A stretch of DNA of 64,000 nucleotides from Trypanosoma brucei (taxonomy: Eukaryota): NCBI GenBank assembly GCA_000002445.1, contig CP000069.1, positions 352,001 through 416,000 of the forward strand, given 5' to 3'. The position numbers and the translations under genes were made by a program. Of the stretch, positions 1 to 10,945 are shown in pieces. Every line of letters starts with the position of its first letter. The first letter of the stretch is position 1. Below the pieces are notes generated by a model, which worked only from the letters and a program-made list of their open reading frames with translations, searched no databases and was not told the DNA's origin.

Positions 1-1823
1 AGCAACCGCATCCGTTCCTCATCCGGCGCAACCTCAAGCAGTTTCTGGACCAAAAAATTTCCGTACGGGTCTTTCATAACATCTGTAAGCACCGGCAACA
101 ACTCGGAGATAACTTTTTGCACCTCTGAGGAGTGGAATGGAAAGCGCTCAAGCACGGATTGTAACATACGACAACCCTGTTGGTCGGCTGCCAGCTTCAC
201 GATGCGGCCACCGTGGAGGGGCATTTGAACAGGGGCCCGCGAGCGTGCCGCTGCGTCGTGTGAGTTTTGTGAACCGGAAGCAGTAAAAGCAGCAGACTGG
301 CCGTTTTCACTCATCATACTTCCGGCTAACGCCGTCACGTTTAGATCTCGTTGCTGCATAACTGGGTGAGAACTGTAGTGGCGGTGATGAACCACTTTTG
401 TTGCTAACCGCATGAGAGCATCGGCATCTTCTTCAGCACGGAGCAAAGCAGTGGGATCTGCAAAGGCCGCGTGCACATCCCTCGCCTTTTCGCCGCTCCA
501 CCCCTTTCCTTGGTGCTCGGAGCCCGACATAAATGAGATTCGCCTGTTGGGATTGGTCCCAGATGTTTGCATCATATCTATCGTGCTGTTGTTCCTGCTG
601 CCGTGGCTCATGATGGGATTCCGGTTTACCGCACCGGAAGCTGCCGACGAGAGCGTGAACCGTTCGTACGGCTGTCCTGAACGCAGTGGGTAGGTGTCGT
701 GCAACTCCTGCTTCTGGTGCTGCTGCTGACGTTGGTAATCGGCCATTCCGGCACTACGACCTCCAAGCAACAAATCGCTTTCCTGTGGCGGTAGCCTCTC
801 TGGGCGTGCCAACTGGCTGTAGGAAGAATCACTTGTGGGACGTATACCCAAATTTGATCCCCACCTCCCGCTCGTTCTGCGAGTATTTGGTGTGCATAAA
901 GGCGACAACTCGTCCAGAAGATTAATACCGCCAATCGCCTCATTGAGACAATGTGCATCGCTTCTGCTTGCGTGGACATCCTTGGTTTCTCCACCTGTTA
1001 CTTGATCAACAGCATCACCCCAGTCAAGTCGTGCAATAAATCCCGGTGAAGGATCTCCCGCCAGCTCAAGTGGTTCCCCTGTTCGCTGAGTTGTGATCCC
1101 GGCGGTGTTGTTCGCATTGGCAGAAGCCACTGTGGTGGAATTCGCTGCAGCGGCGGCAGCAATAGCGGCGACGCCACTGATGGCAGCACCGTGTGCGGAT
1201 TCCGACCTGGTGGCGCGGGCGCTGTACACAGAAGGTGTAAGCCCTGCGGCTACCGAAGTGGGGGATACGGATGGTGTGGTAGCGCTACCCTCCGCAGGTT
1301 CGCCAAGGTGCTGACAACTACGGCGGCGGTAAGCACAAGGTGTAAAGGTACTACTTCCTTCAACCATTAACAGGCCTCCCTCAGGGGCGAGAGGCGAAAC
1401 CTCCAATGACGTTGTCGCTCCGACTATTGAGCGTGTGAAGGTGTTATCGTCCACAGGTCGCCCCACACTCCGCGGACATGGCGGTGAGTTTCCCCAGAGT
1501 GAGCACCGTTTCACATCCATTGGAGAATTGCCAGCGGAAGGGCCTCCCAAAAGACTGGCGTTGTGGCGGCGCTCCCAAATGCGTTCTGAGAACTCGTCGC
1601 CTCCCCCTCTTGTTACCATTGCGGTTGCGCATCCTTTTCCATTTCCTAAATTTCCATCTACGCCAGTCACCTCGGCACTGGCCTCCATTGTAAGGTCACT
1701 AATGTTGATGTTAGAGCACCCGTGACGTCTTGCCTCGAGCTCCCGCGCTGCCTCCACCGCAGCCACTTGCGCGAGGAGGGTTGAAAGTTTAGACGTTATG
1801 TTTTCTTCCTCCATGGTTGTCAT
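1..1823 (-). CDS. Pumilio/PUF-domain RNA-binding protein, partial (C-terminal PUF repeats continue beyond window start)
   Basis: Hand translation of the minus strand from the ATG at 1823-1821 gives an uninterrupted frame down to position 1; an in-frame stop lies upstream at 1848-1850. The N-terminal ~450 aa are Ala/Ser/Gln/Thr-rich low complexity. The last ~70 aa in the window read ...RIVKLAADQQGCRMLQSVLERFPFHSSEVQKVISELLPVLTDVMKDPYGNFLVQKLLEVAPDEERMRLL, which carries the classic PUF-repeat signatures (QxGCRxLQ and DxYGNFxVQKxLE). It is absent from the ORF track because its stop lies outside the window. By recollection of gene order it may be the PUF gene near NOT2 on T. brucei chr 6; I am not certain which PUF number it is. 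Confidence 0.75.
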   Translation of the reverse strand, partial: MTTMEEENITSKLSTLLAQVAAVEAARELEARRHGCSNINISDLTMEASAEVTGVDGNLGNGKGCATAMVTRGGGDEFSERIWERRHNASLLGGPSAGNSPMDVKRCSLWGNSPPCPRSVGRPVDDNTFTRSIVGATTSLEVSPLAPEGGLLMVEGSSTFTPCAYRRRSCQHLGEPAEGSATTPSVSPTSVAAGLTPSVYSARATRSESAHGAAISGVAAIAAAAAANSTTVASANANNTAGITTQRTGEPLELAGDPSPGFIARLDWGDAVDQVTGGETKDVHASRSDAHCLNEAIGGINLLDELSPLCTPNTRRTSGRWGSNLGIRPTSDSSYSQLARPERLPPQESDLLLGGRSAGMADYQRQQQHQKQELHDTYPLRSGQPYERFTLSSAASGAVNRNPIMSHGSRNNSTIDMMQTSGTNPNRRISFMSGSEHQGKGWSGEKARDVHAAFADPTALLRAEEDADALMRLATKVVHHRHYSSHPVMQQRDLNVTALAGSMMSENGQSAAFTASGSQNSHDAAARSRAPVQMPLHGGRIVKLAADQQGCRMLQSVLERFPFHSSEVQKVISELLPVLTDVMKDPYGNFLVQKLLEVAPDEERMRL

Positions 1824-3443
1824 GATCCGGCGCGAGGGATGTAACAATTATTCTCGTCTCTTCTTTTCTTTTTCTTTTTTCCCCTCCTCTCCTCTCCCGT
1901 TCACTTCTTTCCGTTTCCCTCTCTCTATTGCTTCGTGGTCTCACTACAACAGTAGTTGCTGGGATCCCAACCAGCACCTAAAAATATCAAAAAAAAAAAA
2001 AAGAAAAACCTACAAAAGAGAAAAATTATATTTTTTCCTCTGGCCGGTGCTTCAACCTTTCCGTTACTACCTCTTCGTTTTATTCCTCTTCTCCCCTCTA
2101 TTTTCTTCTCTTGATAGCTTCTTCTTTCCGTTTCTATTCGAGTATGCGTATCTTTATATTTATTTATATATTTGTGTGGCTATATATCTTTTCGTGTGTA
2201 TATTTCTTCCTCCCTTAGGAGTCACTGAGAGTTTTTTTTTGTTGTTCCCTTCTCTTTCCCTGCAATCCACCTTCCTTTTGGTTAACAAATATATGTTGTA
2301 TATATATATATGTATATATATATATATTAGCGGTTTGGACGGAAGTGTGAACACGTCGTGATGCGAAATTGGACGACAAAAAAAAAAAAAAGAGTCAAAG
2401 AAAAGAGAAGAGAAGAAACAGGATCAAAATGTTGGGAAAGGTAATGGAAAGGAAAATAATAATAATAATAATAATAATGACACAAAATGTTACGAGGCCC
2501 TTTGCCAGTTTCTCTCTTTAAACGTATGGTATTTAAGTAGGAGCGCTTCTACACGCGTACTCCACAACTCCTTTTCTGTGCTTCTGGGCACATCAATAAA
2601 AAAAAAAATAACCTCTCCGGTAACACGAAAAGGAATGAGCCGTTTAATTTTTATTTAGCCTCTTTCTTTCCGTGACTTTTCTATTCTATGTTTACTTCCT
2701 CGTGCATTCATTCGGTTTCATGTTGAGAAGCTGCCCAGTAAGCGGGAGGAAATACACAAGAAATGTTAAAACGTAACAAAAAAAAACAAACAATTAATTG
2801 ACAGAAGAGAAAAAGAACTCGCCCGTATAGATATGTATGTTTGTTTATTTGCATGACACACCAGCAGACTAAGTGGAACTAAAGTTTAGAATCACAGTAG
2901 TAACACCAATAATAATAATAATAACAGTTGTAATCGTAGTAATAGTTTTTCTTTTGTGTGATCATTCCCTCTTCCGGCCATTCAATGTGAGTAAGCATCC
3001 GCAATATAAAACCAAAAAAGATATGTGAATGTTTGTGGGAGAAGTAACGCAAGAATCAATACGGAATGACCGCATCATCATGCTTTCATTCCGCTTCCTT
3101 GCAAGAAAGTTGTTGTGATGACGGTTATAATGAAGTGTCATTTCGTCACCTTCTTTTTTCCTTTTCTCGCCTCCGCGGGTAGAAGGCGGCGTCACTAATA
3201 AGAAAGTATAATAAGTGACAAAACAACAACAACAACTGTTTCTCACTTTAAGAAAAGGGCACATACACAGAAACACAAAAAAGTCAAAAAGAAGGAAAAG
3301 CGGACGCGGTCCAGCACGGAGAAGTTAAGTAGAAAGCGACACTGTCACCAAAAGCAAAGAGGAAAACTAAAACATAATACAATACAACAATACATGCGCA
3401 CACACGCCGCTATGTGTTTTGTTTATTCCTTTTTTTTTTCCAT

Positions 3444-4034
3444 TCACACGTTCGGATCAATCGCAATTCTTTCCTTCATTAGCGCCCTCCATTCGTCTTC
3501 ACAACGCTCGAACATCTCCCTCGCCTCCGTTTCCTGTTGGGCCGTTGTCCTCCACCACCAGCCTGTGGTTTCATTTTCCCTCAATGTGGCCGCAAGAGCT
3601 GCAGCGGATTCATACCGCCGTTTTAATATTAACGCCCGCACAGCGATATCATCCAACCGCTTCACATCCTCAAGTCGGGCTTCATGTAAACCTCCCGGAC
3701 CAATGGGGCTCAGCAGCAGAAGAAATGTTGCCGTTCCAAAGGTGCCGAAAGCCCACATCGCCTGCCGCTGCTGCGCTAATCGCCGCGGGTGCCGAATGCG
3801 CCAAACCCGATGGATGCGGCGGTATTGCCATGAGGCGAGAAGACCCACAACCCCAGCGGAGGCAACTGCGAGAACTAAAAGCGCCTGTCCCGCCTTTACG
3901 TAACGTTCAGCACTCAAAAGCAAACGACTGGCAGTCTTTTCCGTGCTGTTGTAGAGAAGTTGAGCGCCCACTGCACCCTCTTCGCAGTCATTTTTGAGAC
4001 TTGAGGAATTACTAGGCGTTGTCGTTGCGGTCAT
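3444..4034 (-). CDS. hypothetical small membrane protein (196 aa, two predicted TM helices)
   Basis: ATG-initiated minus-strand ORF on the same strand as all neighbouring genes. It has two hydrophobic stretches, ALLVLAVASAGVVGLLASW and FGTFGTATFLLLLSPIGPG, and a charged C-terminal tail. The overlapping plus-strand ORFs 3394..3903 and 3419..3997 are Arg/Ser-rich and look like frame artefacts of a GC-rich region. Confidence 0.4.
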   Translation of the reverse strand: MTATTTPSNSSSLKNDCEEGAVGAQLLYNSTEKTASRLLLSAERYVKAGQALLVLAVASAGVVGLLASWQYRRIHRVWRIRHPRRLAQQRQAMWAFGTFGTATFLLLLSPIGPGGLHEARLEDVKRLDDIAVRALILKRRYESAAALAATLRENETTGWWWRTTAQQETEAREMFERCEDEWRALMKERIAIDPNV

Positions 4035-5613
4035 TTATGATTTTGCTTTTGCTTTTGATATTTTCTCTCTCTCTTTTTTTTTTCTTCTAGTATATGTCTT
4101 GTCCTCGCTCCTTGTAACGAGTGTGACGGCCCCACCACCCCGAGGAGACAAAGGCAGCAAAAAACTATGAAACTCATCACACACACACACACACACACAC
4201 AAACCAAAAACGCAAAACAACAACAACAAGAACAGCGGCAAGAACAGCAGCAAGAACAACACCAAAAAAAAAAAAAGAAGAGAGAGAGAAAGATAATTAT
4301 CAGGAATGAAAACTATATGTGTCGCAGAAGACAATCGTGTATACGAACAACGCGTGGGAGACGAAATAATGTCATGTGAAACAACACGATGCACACGATG
4401 GGTAAAACAATACTAACTACAAACCTGTCGTACGTATACGAGTACATGACCACTCTTCTCTCTTCTATTCTGCCTTCTTGTACACCTTCTCCCCACTTAC
4501 CGCAATGCACACACACACACGGCAGACAAAAGCTCGTCTCAACATCTATTAGTGGACACACCACACATATACATAAAAATAAGTAAATATTCACAACAAC
4601 AACAACAATAACAATAACAATAACACCACCGACAGATAAACCAACAGGGATGCGGGGAGGGGAGCAAACTGGTGGAATGTCGCACTTATATATATATATA
4701 TATATTTATATATCAATTTCTCGCATTTTTGTTTGTCTATTTGGCCTCTGCGATTCGTGTTTTGGTACCCTCCAGGTTGTGCTAAGCCCCCCCCTCCCCT
4801 CAAAAAAAAAAAAAAAGAGAGGATCGAAACGACATAACAACAAAAGCAGAATAGGGCTACATTTAATCTACTCTCCCTTCCTCCCTTTCTCTCTCTCTCC
4901 TTCTTTTTTTTTTTCTTTCATTCTATTTTCCACTCTACATTTCACCTTTCATCATGTCGGTTTCGCCTTCACTTCAGTTTTGTCACTCCCACCCGCAACG
5001 CCACAAATTCTCCATATGCACAGAAAAGATAAAATAAAATGGAGCAACTGCAGCAACAACGACAAACAAAGAAAAAAAAAAAGAACAGAAAAAAAAAAAG
5101 TGCCATGCACGCCAACGTGTAAAATATCAACCGCAACAACGGAAACCCTTATTTTTTTTTTCCCTCCTCCTCCTCCAATTCGTTCACTTATTTATTGTCT
5201 CTGGGACGGGTAGCAAATTGTGATAGTTCGTTGTTAACAAAAGAGAGAGAGAGAGAAAAAAAAAAAAGAAGCGTAAACAACTGAACAAAAACAACAAGCG
5301 ACGTAAATAACAAAGGAAGAGGAACAGGAAAACAACGAAGAAACGAAAGAAAAAAAAAACGATCATAAGGGAAGGGCACACAGAGGCGCAACCAAAGCAA
5401 GGTTTAAGCGTCATGCCGGAGAGAAGGAAAAAAAAAACACGCAAAATAAAATAAAGTTTTAAAAAAAAAGAGACGAACAGAACTAACCAACCAACCAAAC
5501 GCAAAAACAAAACAAGAAAGAAAACGGCCAAACAAACACGAAAACGTGTGTATGTGTGTGGGAGGGGAGGAGGAGAAAGGAAGGAGAGGGAAGAAGTAAG
5601 ATAACATCCTTAT

Positions 5614-6669
5614 CTACATGATGTTTATCTTCAGCGCCGTTCGCAGGTTATCCGCTACGGGAAGGCGCATGATAACCCTGCTGTACTGCGTCAGCGTTGG
5701 GCACTTCTGCTTGACGAGTGGCATCAGCAGTTTTGTTGTGGCTGCCTGTACGATGGCCATTGACACGACAAGGTCTGCCGCCGTGAGAGAGTCACCTACC
5801 AAAAAAATAATATCACTTGGTGGAGCTACATTCCGTTGTGGTGCAATTGTTACGGGCCGTGGGGTACCTGCACTTCCGCGTGGCGACATTACATTAACTG
5901 TACACAATGATTGCCATGGGAAGGAAGAAGCGTCGTTGCCCTTTTCTTTGCTGTCAGGGGGACTGTTTCCCATAATAGAGCTGGATTCATGTCGTTCCTC
6001 CGTACAACTCTTAATGTTGTATGTGTGACAACCACGGAGAGCCGTAGTGCCGCGGGGAGTAAAGGCGATATGACCTTCCTCCTCCGACAAACCTCCATCT
6101 GCTTCTTCCACACAGACACTACCGTTAAGGTGTGTGCTGCCGTTGCATGTGTGTCCTTGTAGTTGCTTCTTTTTTGACTTAAGTTGCTGCTCCAAATCAC
6201 CCAGAGCCTCTAAGACCGCATCACACGCTCCCTGCGCTGCCGCTTGTTCCTGTCGCCTCGAGCCACGCTTCTCCGCCTCAACTATCTGAAGAACATGCGG
6301 ATCAACTTCTGTCATGATGAAGGCAAGCCATTGATCTACTGCTGCCACTTCAAGTTCACTTTTACCATAAAGAGTATACGGTACAGTGTGTTCTGGTGTG
6401 GGGTAACGCAAACTGCCATGAGGACCATACGGCCGCTCCGTTCGTGCAAAATGCCGAATGATGGCGTTGGTGCCGAACAAATAACCCTCATCGGACTTCA
6501 GAACTGGCGCACGCCCGAGCGGGTGGCAGTTTAGCCGATAGCTTTCCGTTGCATTTTCCACTCCATCAGTGATGGGGGCAACTTTCACTTTTGTCTGAGC
6601 GAAAGCGGCAACGAGAAGGATGCGATGGACGTTATGATCCTCAAGCGACCCAACCAATGTGAGAACCAT
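5614..6669 (-). CDS. GST-fold protein (eEF1B-gamma / aaRS-cofactor-like N- and C-terminal GST domains with a ~140 aa insertion)
   Basis: ATG start at 6669-6667. The N-terminus LTLVGSLEDHNVHRILLVAAFAQTKVKVAPITDGVENATESYRLNCHPLGRAPVLKSDEGYLFGTNAIIRHFAR matches the thioredoxin-like GST-N pattern (PLGKVPVL...LFESNAI.RY). The C-terminus IIFLVGDSLTAADLVVSMAI...PTLTQYSRV matches GST-C (LVGD.LT.AD). In between is an acidic, Ser-rich insertion. Confidence 0.55.
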   Translation of the reverse strand: MVLTLVGSLEDHNVHRILLVAAFAQTKVKVAPITDGVENATESYRLNCHPLGRAPVLKSDEGYLFGTNAIIRHFARTERPYGPHGSLRYPTPEHTVPYTLYGKSELEVAAVDQWLAFIMTEVDPHVLQIVEAEKRGSRRQEQAAAQGACDAVLEALGDLEQQLKSKKKQLQGHTCNGSTHLNGSVCVEEADGGLSEEEGHIAFTPRGTTALRGCHTYNIKSCTEERHESSSIMGNSPPDSKEKGNDASSFPWQSLCTVNVMSPRGSAGTPRPVTIAPQRNVAPPSDIIFLVGDSLTAADLVVSMAIVQAATTKLLMPLVKQKCPTLTQYSRVIMRLPVADNLRTALKINIM

Positions 6670-8007
6670 CGCGACTGTTCACCCTTTTTTTTGTATGTAT
6701 TTATTTATTTATCTTCCCCCCTCCCTCTACGTATAATACAAGTGCTCCCCTTCGTATGCGTGTGTGTGTAGTCTCTGTCTGTCTGTCTGTCTGTCTGTAT
6801 GATTCCTTTTATTTTTTTGTTCTCTCTTTCTTTCTTTCTCTCTCTCTGTGTGTGTGTGTGTTTGTGTGATGTTCCCTCCTTCAACCCTAAATAACTACTC
6901 TTTTACTCAATATAACTTTCCTTTTTTTCTCACTGTGCTCTCCCTTTCTTTGTGCGGTGAAAGGAAGGGATAAACTGAGAGCCGTTTCTTAATTCTTTAT
7001 TTTTTTTTGATCCTTTCTTCCTAATTCTACTTCTTTGTTCTTGACCTTTATTTATTTGTTTCTTTCCTCTCCCTTTTCGTTTATTTTTCTTCTTTATTAT
7101 TTTCAGTCTCGAACGTAACTGCTGCGGTGAAGCTTGTGAACCAAATAAGAAGAAAAAGAAAAAGATAATGATAAGAACAATTGATATGCAGAAAGAATTC
7201 AAACACCAACGCCGAAATGAAGTGGGACAGGTAACAAAGCAGAAATGGCAAAACATACTTTTTTTTCTTTAAAAAAAAATAAGGTAAGTAAGTGAGAAGG
7301 AAAACAAAAATAATATAGTGAAGATATTTCTAATTAATTAGCTCCAGCAGTTTGATGCGATAACGAAACTGTTTCTTCTTTTTTTAAAAAAAAAGAAATT
7401 TATCGCACTTGCTTTGCTGATATTGTAGTTGGATACAACAGTGTCCTCATATGCGTGTGTCAATTCTGCCATGCGATGAGCGCCTAAAGAGAACTACGCT
7501 ACGAAGTGTAAATGAAAATAATAATAATAATAATAATGCTTATAATACTTTTGTAACTAAAACGGATAAGGTAATGGGAGAGAAGACGCGTTAGAGAAAT
7601 AAGCATATAAGCGATTATTTGATAAGCAAAAAATTTACACGCATGTAACGTCATACAAGTAAACGCACATGCAGATACACAAAGACACACACACACACAG
7701 AAATAGAGAGAGAAAGAGAGAAAGAAAGAGAGAGAGACACAAAGATATGAAGATATATATATATATATATTTATATTTGTGTACATAGTTATACATATGT
7801 AACCAAATAAACAAATGTGAGTGAAAATGGTGGTTGGGAGCATAGAAGTAACAGAAAATGAAAATGAAGATGTGGCTGTAGCTAAAAAATTGTGTCAGTG
7901 CAGGTGCTTTCAAGTGAAAGCAAAATAATAATAATAATAAAAACAACAACGCCAACAATAACAACAACAGCAACAACACATGATGCGGAACACATGACCA
8001 TTTGCAA

Positions 8008-8012
<5 letters not shown>

Positions 8013-8074
<62 letters not shown>
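8013..8074. repeat. (TA)31 microsatellite
   Basis: Uninterrupted tatata... run in an AT-rich intergenic region. Shorter (TA)n tracts occur at ~2290-2330, 4688-4712, 7745-7775, 9193-9218, 12095-12110, 12470-12500, 12787-12810 and 17905-17925. Confidence 0.9.
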
Positions 8075-8080
<6 letters not shown>

Positions 8081-8164
8081 GTTTAGTTATTTATAAACTA
8101 AAATGTATGACTACTTGCACTATTGAGCAACTGCATCTTCGCTTGTGTTTGTCAGTTGCGGATG

Positions 8165-8329
8165 TCATTGGGAGGATACCGCGCAAACTTGAGTGAAATG
8201 AGTCCGTAAGGCAATGACGTACGCCGCTAAGAAAACAACGGCACCAAACGCAGCTTCGAATAAATTCCATCGCTCATAACCAAATGATTGTACTGGTGGA
8301 AACGCATGAAAGTAAAGAAATGGGGCCAT
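8165..8329 (-). CDS. candidate small tail-anchored protein (54 aa), unannotated-type sORF
   Basis: ATG at 8329-8327 gives MAPFLYFHAFPPVQSFGYERWNLFEAAFGAVVFLAAYVIALRTHFTQVCAVSSQ, with a C-terminal hydrophobic helix. A ~150-nt polypyrimidine tract on the sense strand (plus 8330-8500 is purine-rich) lies immediately upstream of the ATG, with a CAG near sense position -150. This is the usual trypanosome trans-splicing arrangement. The longer 118-aa track ORF is a low-complexity upstream extension. Confidence 0.2.
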   Translation of the reverse strand: MAPFLYFHAFPPVQSFGYERWNLFEAAFGAVVFLAAYVIALRTHFTQVCAVSSQ

Positions 8330-9952
8330 CCGGAAAGAAGTGAAAATAAAAATAATCAAACACACACGCACACAACGCATTGAAGAGGAGAGAGAAAGAG
8401 AGACGAAGCAAAAAAAGAGAAAAAAAGTAAAAAGTAAAGAAAAAACATAAGAAAACTGATTGTAGAGAAACGAAAAGGTCGGGAATCTATCGCGGGACTC
8501 GCAGGTTAAACCAAACCACACTGCGCAGACTTAAGAAAGATCTTTACGAGTCCTTCACTTTCTTCTTAAGTCACCAAATAATAACAATTATCATCGTGTT
8601 TTGTGCGTACCTTTTTTTTAAAAAAAAATATATTTGAGTCATCTTGCTTTACCTCTCCTCCTCTTTATTCCCGTTTCAGTACCTTCCCTCTCCCTTCTTT
8701 CTCTTTCATCATCAGCATTATTGCTATAATTATAATATATATATATATATATATTAATGGTTAATGTCATGATTTCCCCCCTTCAACTAGCTGCGATGCT
8801 TACAGATGCACCGGTAGGTGAATGCGTGACGGGCTCAATAAAATATATAAAAATACAACAGACGGCGCCTTTATTTTGTGTGCACTTTCGTCCGCTTCAT
8901 TTTCTTTTTTAAACGCATTCACCCCATTTCATTTCATTTCATTTTATTTCATTTTCACTTTTCTTCCCTTCTTCCAATACTTCACAAAATATCGGTTCCC
9001 CTGCCGCCCCTCGTTTCTGCTAATCCTTTCAACTCTTTTTTTTTTTTAAAAAAATAATTTCTTTTTCTTTTTTCACCTCCTTCTGTGGAATTCGTTAACC
9101 CTTTTGCTCTGTTTTGGGTTTCCAACCTGTTTATTTTCTCCTCTTTTTAATCTTCCCGCCCTCATCCTTTATCCTTCATCCTTTATTCCTTATATATATA
9201 TATATATATATATCTTCTCTTTTGCTTTTGAAAATAATGTACGTTACCAACGCCACGCTTCCTTCCCTTCTGTTCGACTCCTCTCTCCATTAGCCAACAC
9301 TTCCCTCCTTTATTTTACTTTTTTCTTTTCTACCTATTTTGTTTTATTTTTCGTATTCTTTTAATGTTATATTATATCGTATTAAATAAATATATTCGGT
9401 TTTATCTCCACTCTCTTCCTCTTTCTTTAAAAAAAAAAATCAATTCATATTTGCGGCGGGTTCACTGGTAGTTTCCTCCCTTTCCCTTTTTTTCTTCTCC
9501 GTTTTGCCAAATTCCGCCGCCATCACCGCATCACTTACACGTCAATTTCACACAACCGACTTATCAACATGAATAATCACCACAATCACAGAGAATAAAT
9601 GACAATAAATGATAACAATAACACTTGAAAAAGCAAACAAACGAAACAAAACAGCAACAGCAACAACCAACAACCAACAACGAAGTTAAATCAACTTCAA
9701 GAAGCGGAATAGTAACAAACTAGTAGACACACGTAAGCAGAAACAGACAAAACAGCACGCCCGATCGGCCGAACAGTTACTACAGAAAAAAAAAAGAGGG
9801 AACAAACAAACAAACAAACAAAGGGAGGAAGAAAGAAATAAAGAGAGGAAAATACAAAAAAAAAAGCTTGAAGTGAGCATCGATACACCCAACAAGTACA
9901 TGACCACCTTAATTCACCCTAATCTGGCCTTTTGCGTGCACACAACAGAATG

Positions 9953-10945
9953 TCAGTCCCCTCCCACCACACTACTGTTATTATTATTATTATTATTACC
10001 ACTGCTGTTGCTGTTGGTTGATGTGGGCGGTGGGGCCGCTGCACCCGTGCCAGTCGTTCCCGGTGCAGCAAGGAAAGAATCGGGAATATCGCGCAGAAGA
10101 TCCGACGCGTTCAGTTGATGCATTTCCTCGTTTTCTAACTTCCATGCATTTTGGTTGAAAACCTCGTACTCGTTCTGCACTACGCGCCGCATCCACTGAT
10201 GCCGCGCCTTGTGGAAGCACCAACCTCGCGACACGAGCACTTTAGCGGCTACCGTTTGCAGTAAGTCCCGCGGCATGGAGTAAAATATGTAAAACAGAGT
10301 TTCATTTTTATATTTCTGCAGCATCCTGAATGTGGGCTGCCGTGGCCTGGCCTGTTTGTAGCACTCCGGAATGCGATATTCGGGAATGACAGGCACCTCT
10401 GGCCGTTCTAATGCAATACTCGCGAGTGTTGGGTGTAGAGGCCTCTGCTGAGCGACATTAATTCCGAGTGAGTTGAGTTCAAAGCCACGTGTAAGATACA
10501 AAAATGCAGCGCTGTCAGACTTTTCTGCGTTAACAGGATGTTGAATGAGGTTTGGTAGTGCGAGGAGGCCGTAAGGACCTTCCACTGCCACACGCCCACG
10601 GGGTTGCTGCTGCTGTTGTTGCTGTTGAGCCTGTTGTTGTTGTTGCTGCTGAAGTTGTTGTTGTTGTTGCTGCTGTTGCTGTTGGAGTTGGGCCTGTTGT
10701 TGTTGCTGCTGTTGCTGAAGTTGGGCCTGTTGTTGCTGCTGCTGTTGCTGAAGTTGGGCCTGTTGTTGCTGCTGCTGTTGCTGAAGTTGTTGTTGTTGCT
10801 GCGCTACCAATGCTTGTGTGGTTACGGGGAATACCCCACGCAATGACTGATATGGGTTAGGAGCTCCTGCCTGTGCGGGGTAGGCGATGGGGATTCCTTG
10901 CGGAATGGTGCCCGGGTATCGTGTTCCCTGGTTGCTATTGTTCAT
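9953..10945 (-). CDS. NOT2: CCR4-NOT complex subunit NOT2 (NOT2/3/5 C-terminal NOT-box domain) with N-terminal poly-Gln tract
   Basis: ATG at 10945-10943, with the frame closed 7 codons upstream. The C-terminal region LNSLGIN...VPVIPEYRIPECY...NETLFYIFYSMPRDLLQTVAAKVLVSRGWCFHKARHQWMRR aligns convincingly with the human CNOT2 NOT-box (LTTLGLNLNS...HVPSEYLTN...DLLFYLYYMNGGDVLQLLAAVELFNRDWRYHKEERVWITR). By recollection this fits T. brucei NOT2 on chr 6. Confidence 0.8.
   Translation of the reverse strand: MNNSNQGTRYPGTIPQGIPIAYPAQAGAPNPYQSLRGVFPVTTQALVAQQQQQLQQQQQQQQAQLQQQQQQQQAQLQQQQQQQQAQLQQQQQQQQQQLQQQQQQQAQQQQQQQQPRGRVAVEGPYGLLALPNLIQHPVNAEKSDSAAFLYLTRGFELNSLGINVAQQRPLHPTLASIALERPEVPVIPEYRIPECYKQARPRQPTFRMLQKYKNETLFYIFYSMPRDLLQTVAAKVLVSRGWCFHKARHQWMRRVVQNEYEVFNQNAWKLENEEMHQLNASDLLRDIPDSFLAAPGTTGTGAAAPPPTSTNSNSSGNNNNNNNSSVVGGD
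10600..10800. repeat. CTG/TTG (sense CAG/CAA) glutamine-coding repeat, including ~3.5 copies of a 33-bp tandem unit (10681-10800)
   Basis: The unit gctgaagttgggcctgttgttgctgctgctgtt occurs at 10714-10746 and 10747-10779. A variant lies at 10681-10713 and a partial copy follows 10780. It encodes the repeated AQLQQQQQQQQ block inside NOT2. Confidence 0.8.

Noticed and set aside
1798-2361. Numerous 60-190-aa ORFs in AT-rich intergenic stretches (e.g. 1798..2361, 4650..5213, 7635..7979, 12284..12727, 13425..13874, 18557..18868)
   Set aside because: They are extreme low-complexity translations (F/L/S/Y/I/K runs) of microsatellite and poly-pyrimidine or poly-purine DNA, with no coherent protein-like composition.
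3394-3997. Plus-strand ORFs 3394..3903 (169 aa) and 3419..3997 (192 aa)
   Set aside because: They overlap the minus-strand 196-aa ORF, are Arg/Ser/Ala-rich with no motifs, and oppose the orientation of the whole transcription unit. They are most likely open frames caused by local GC bias.
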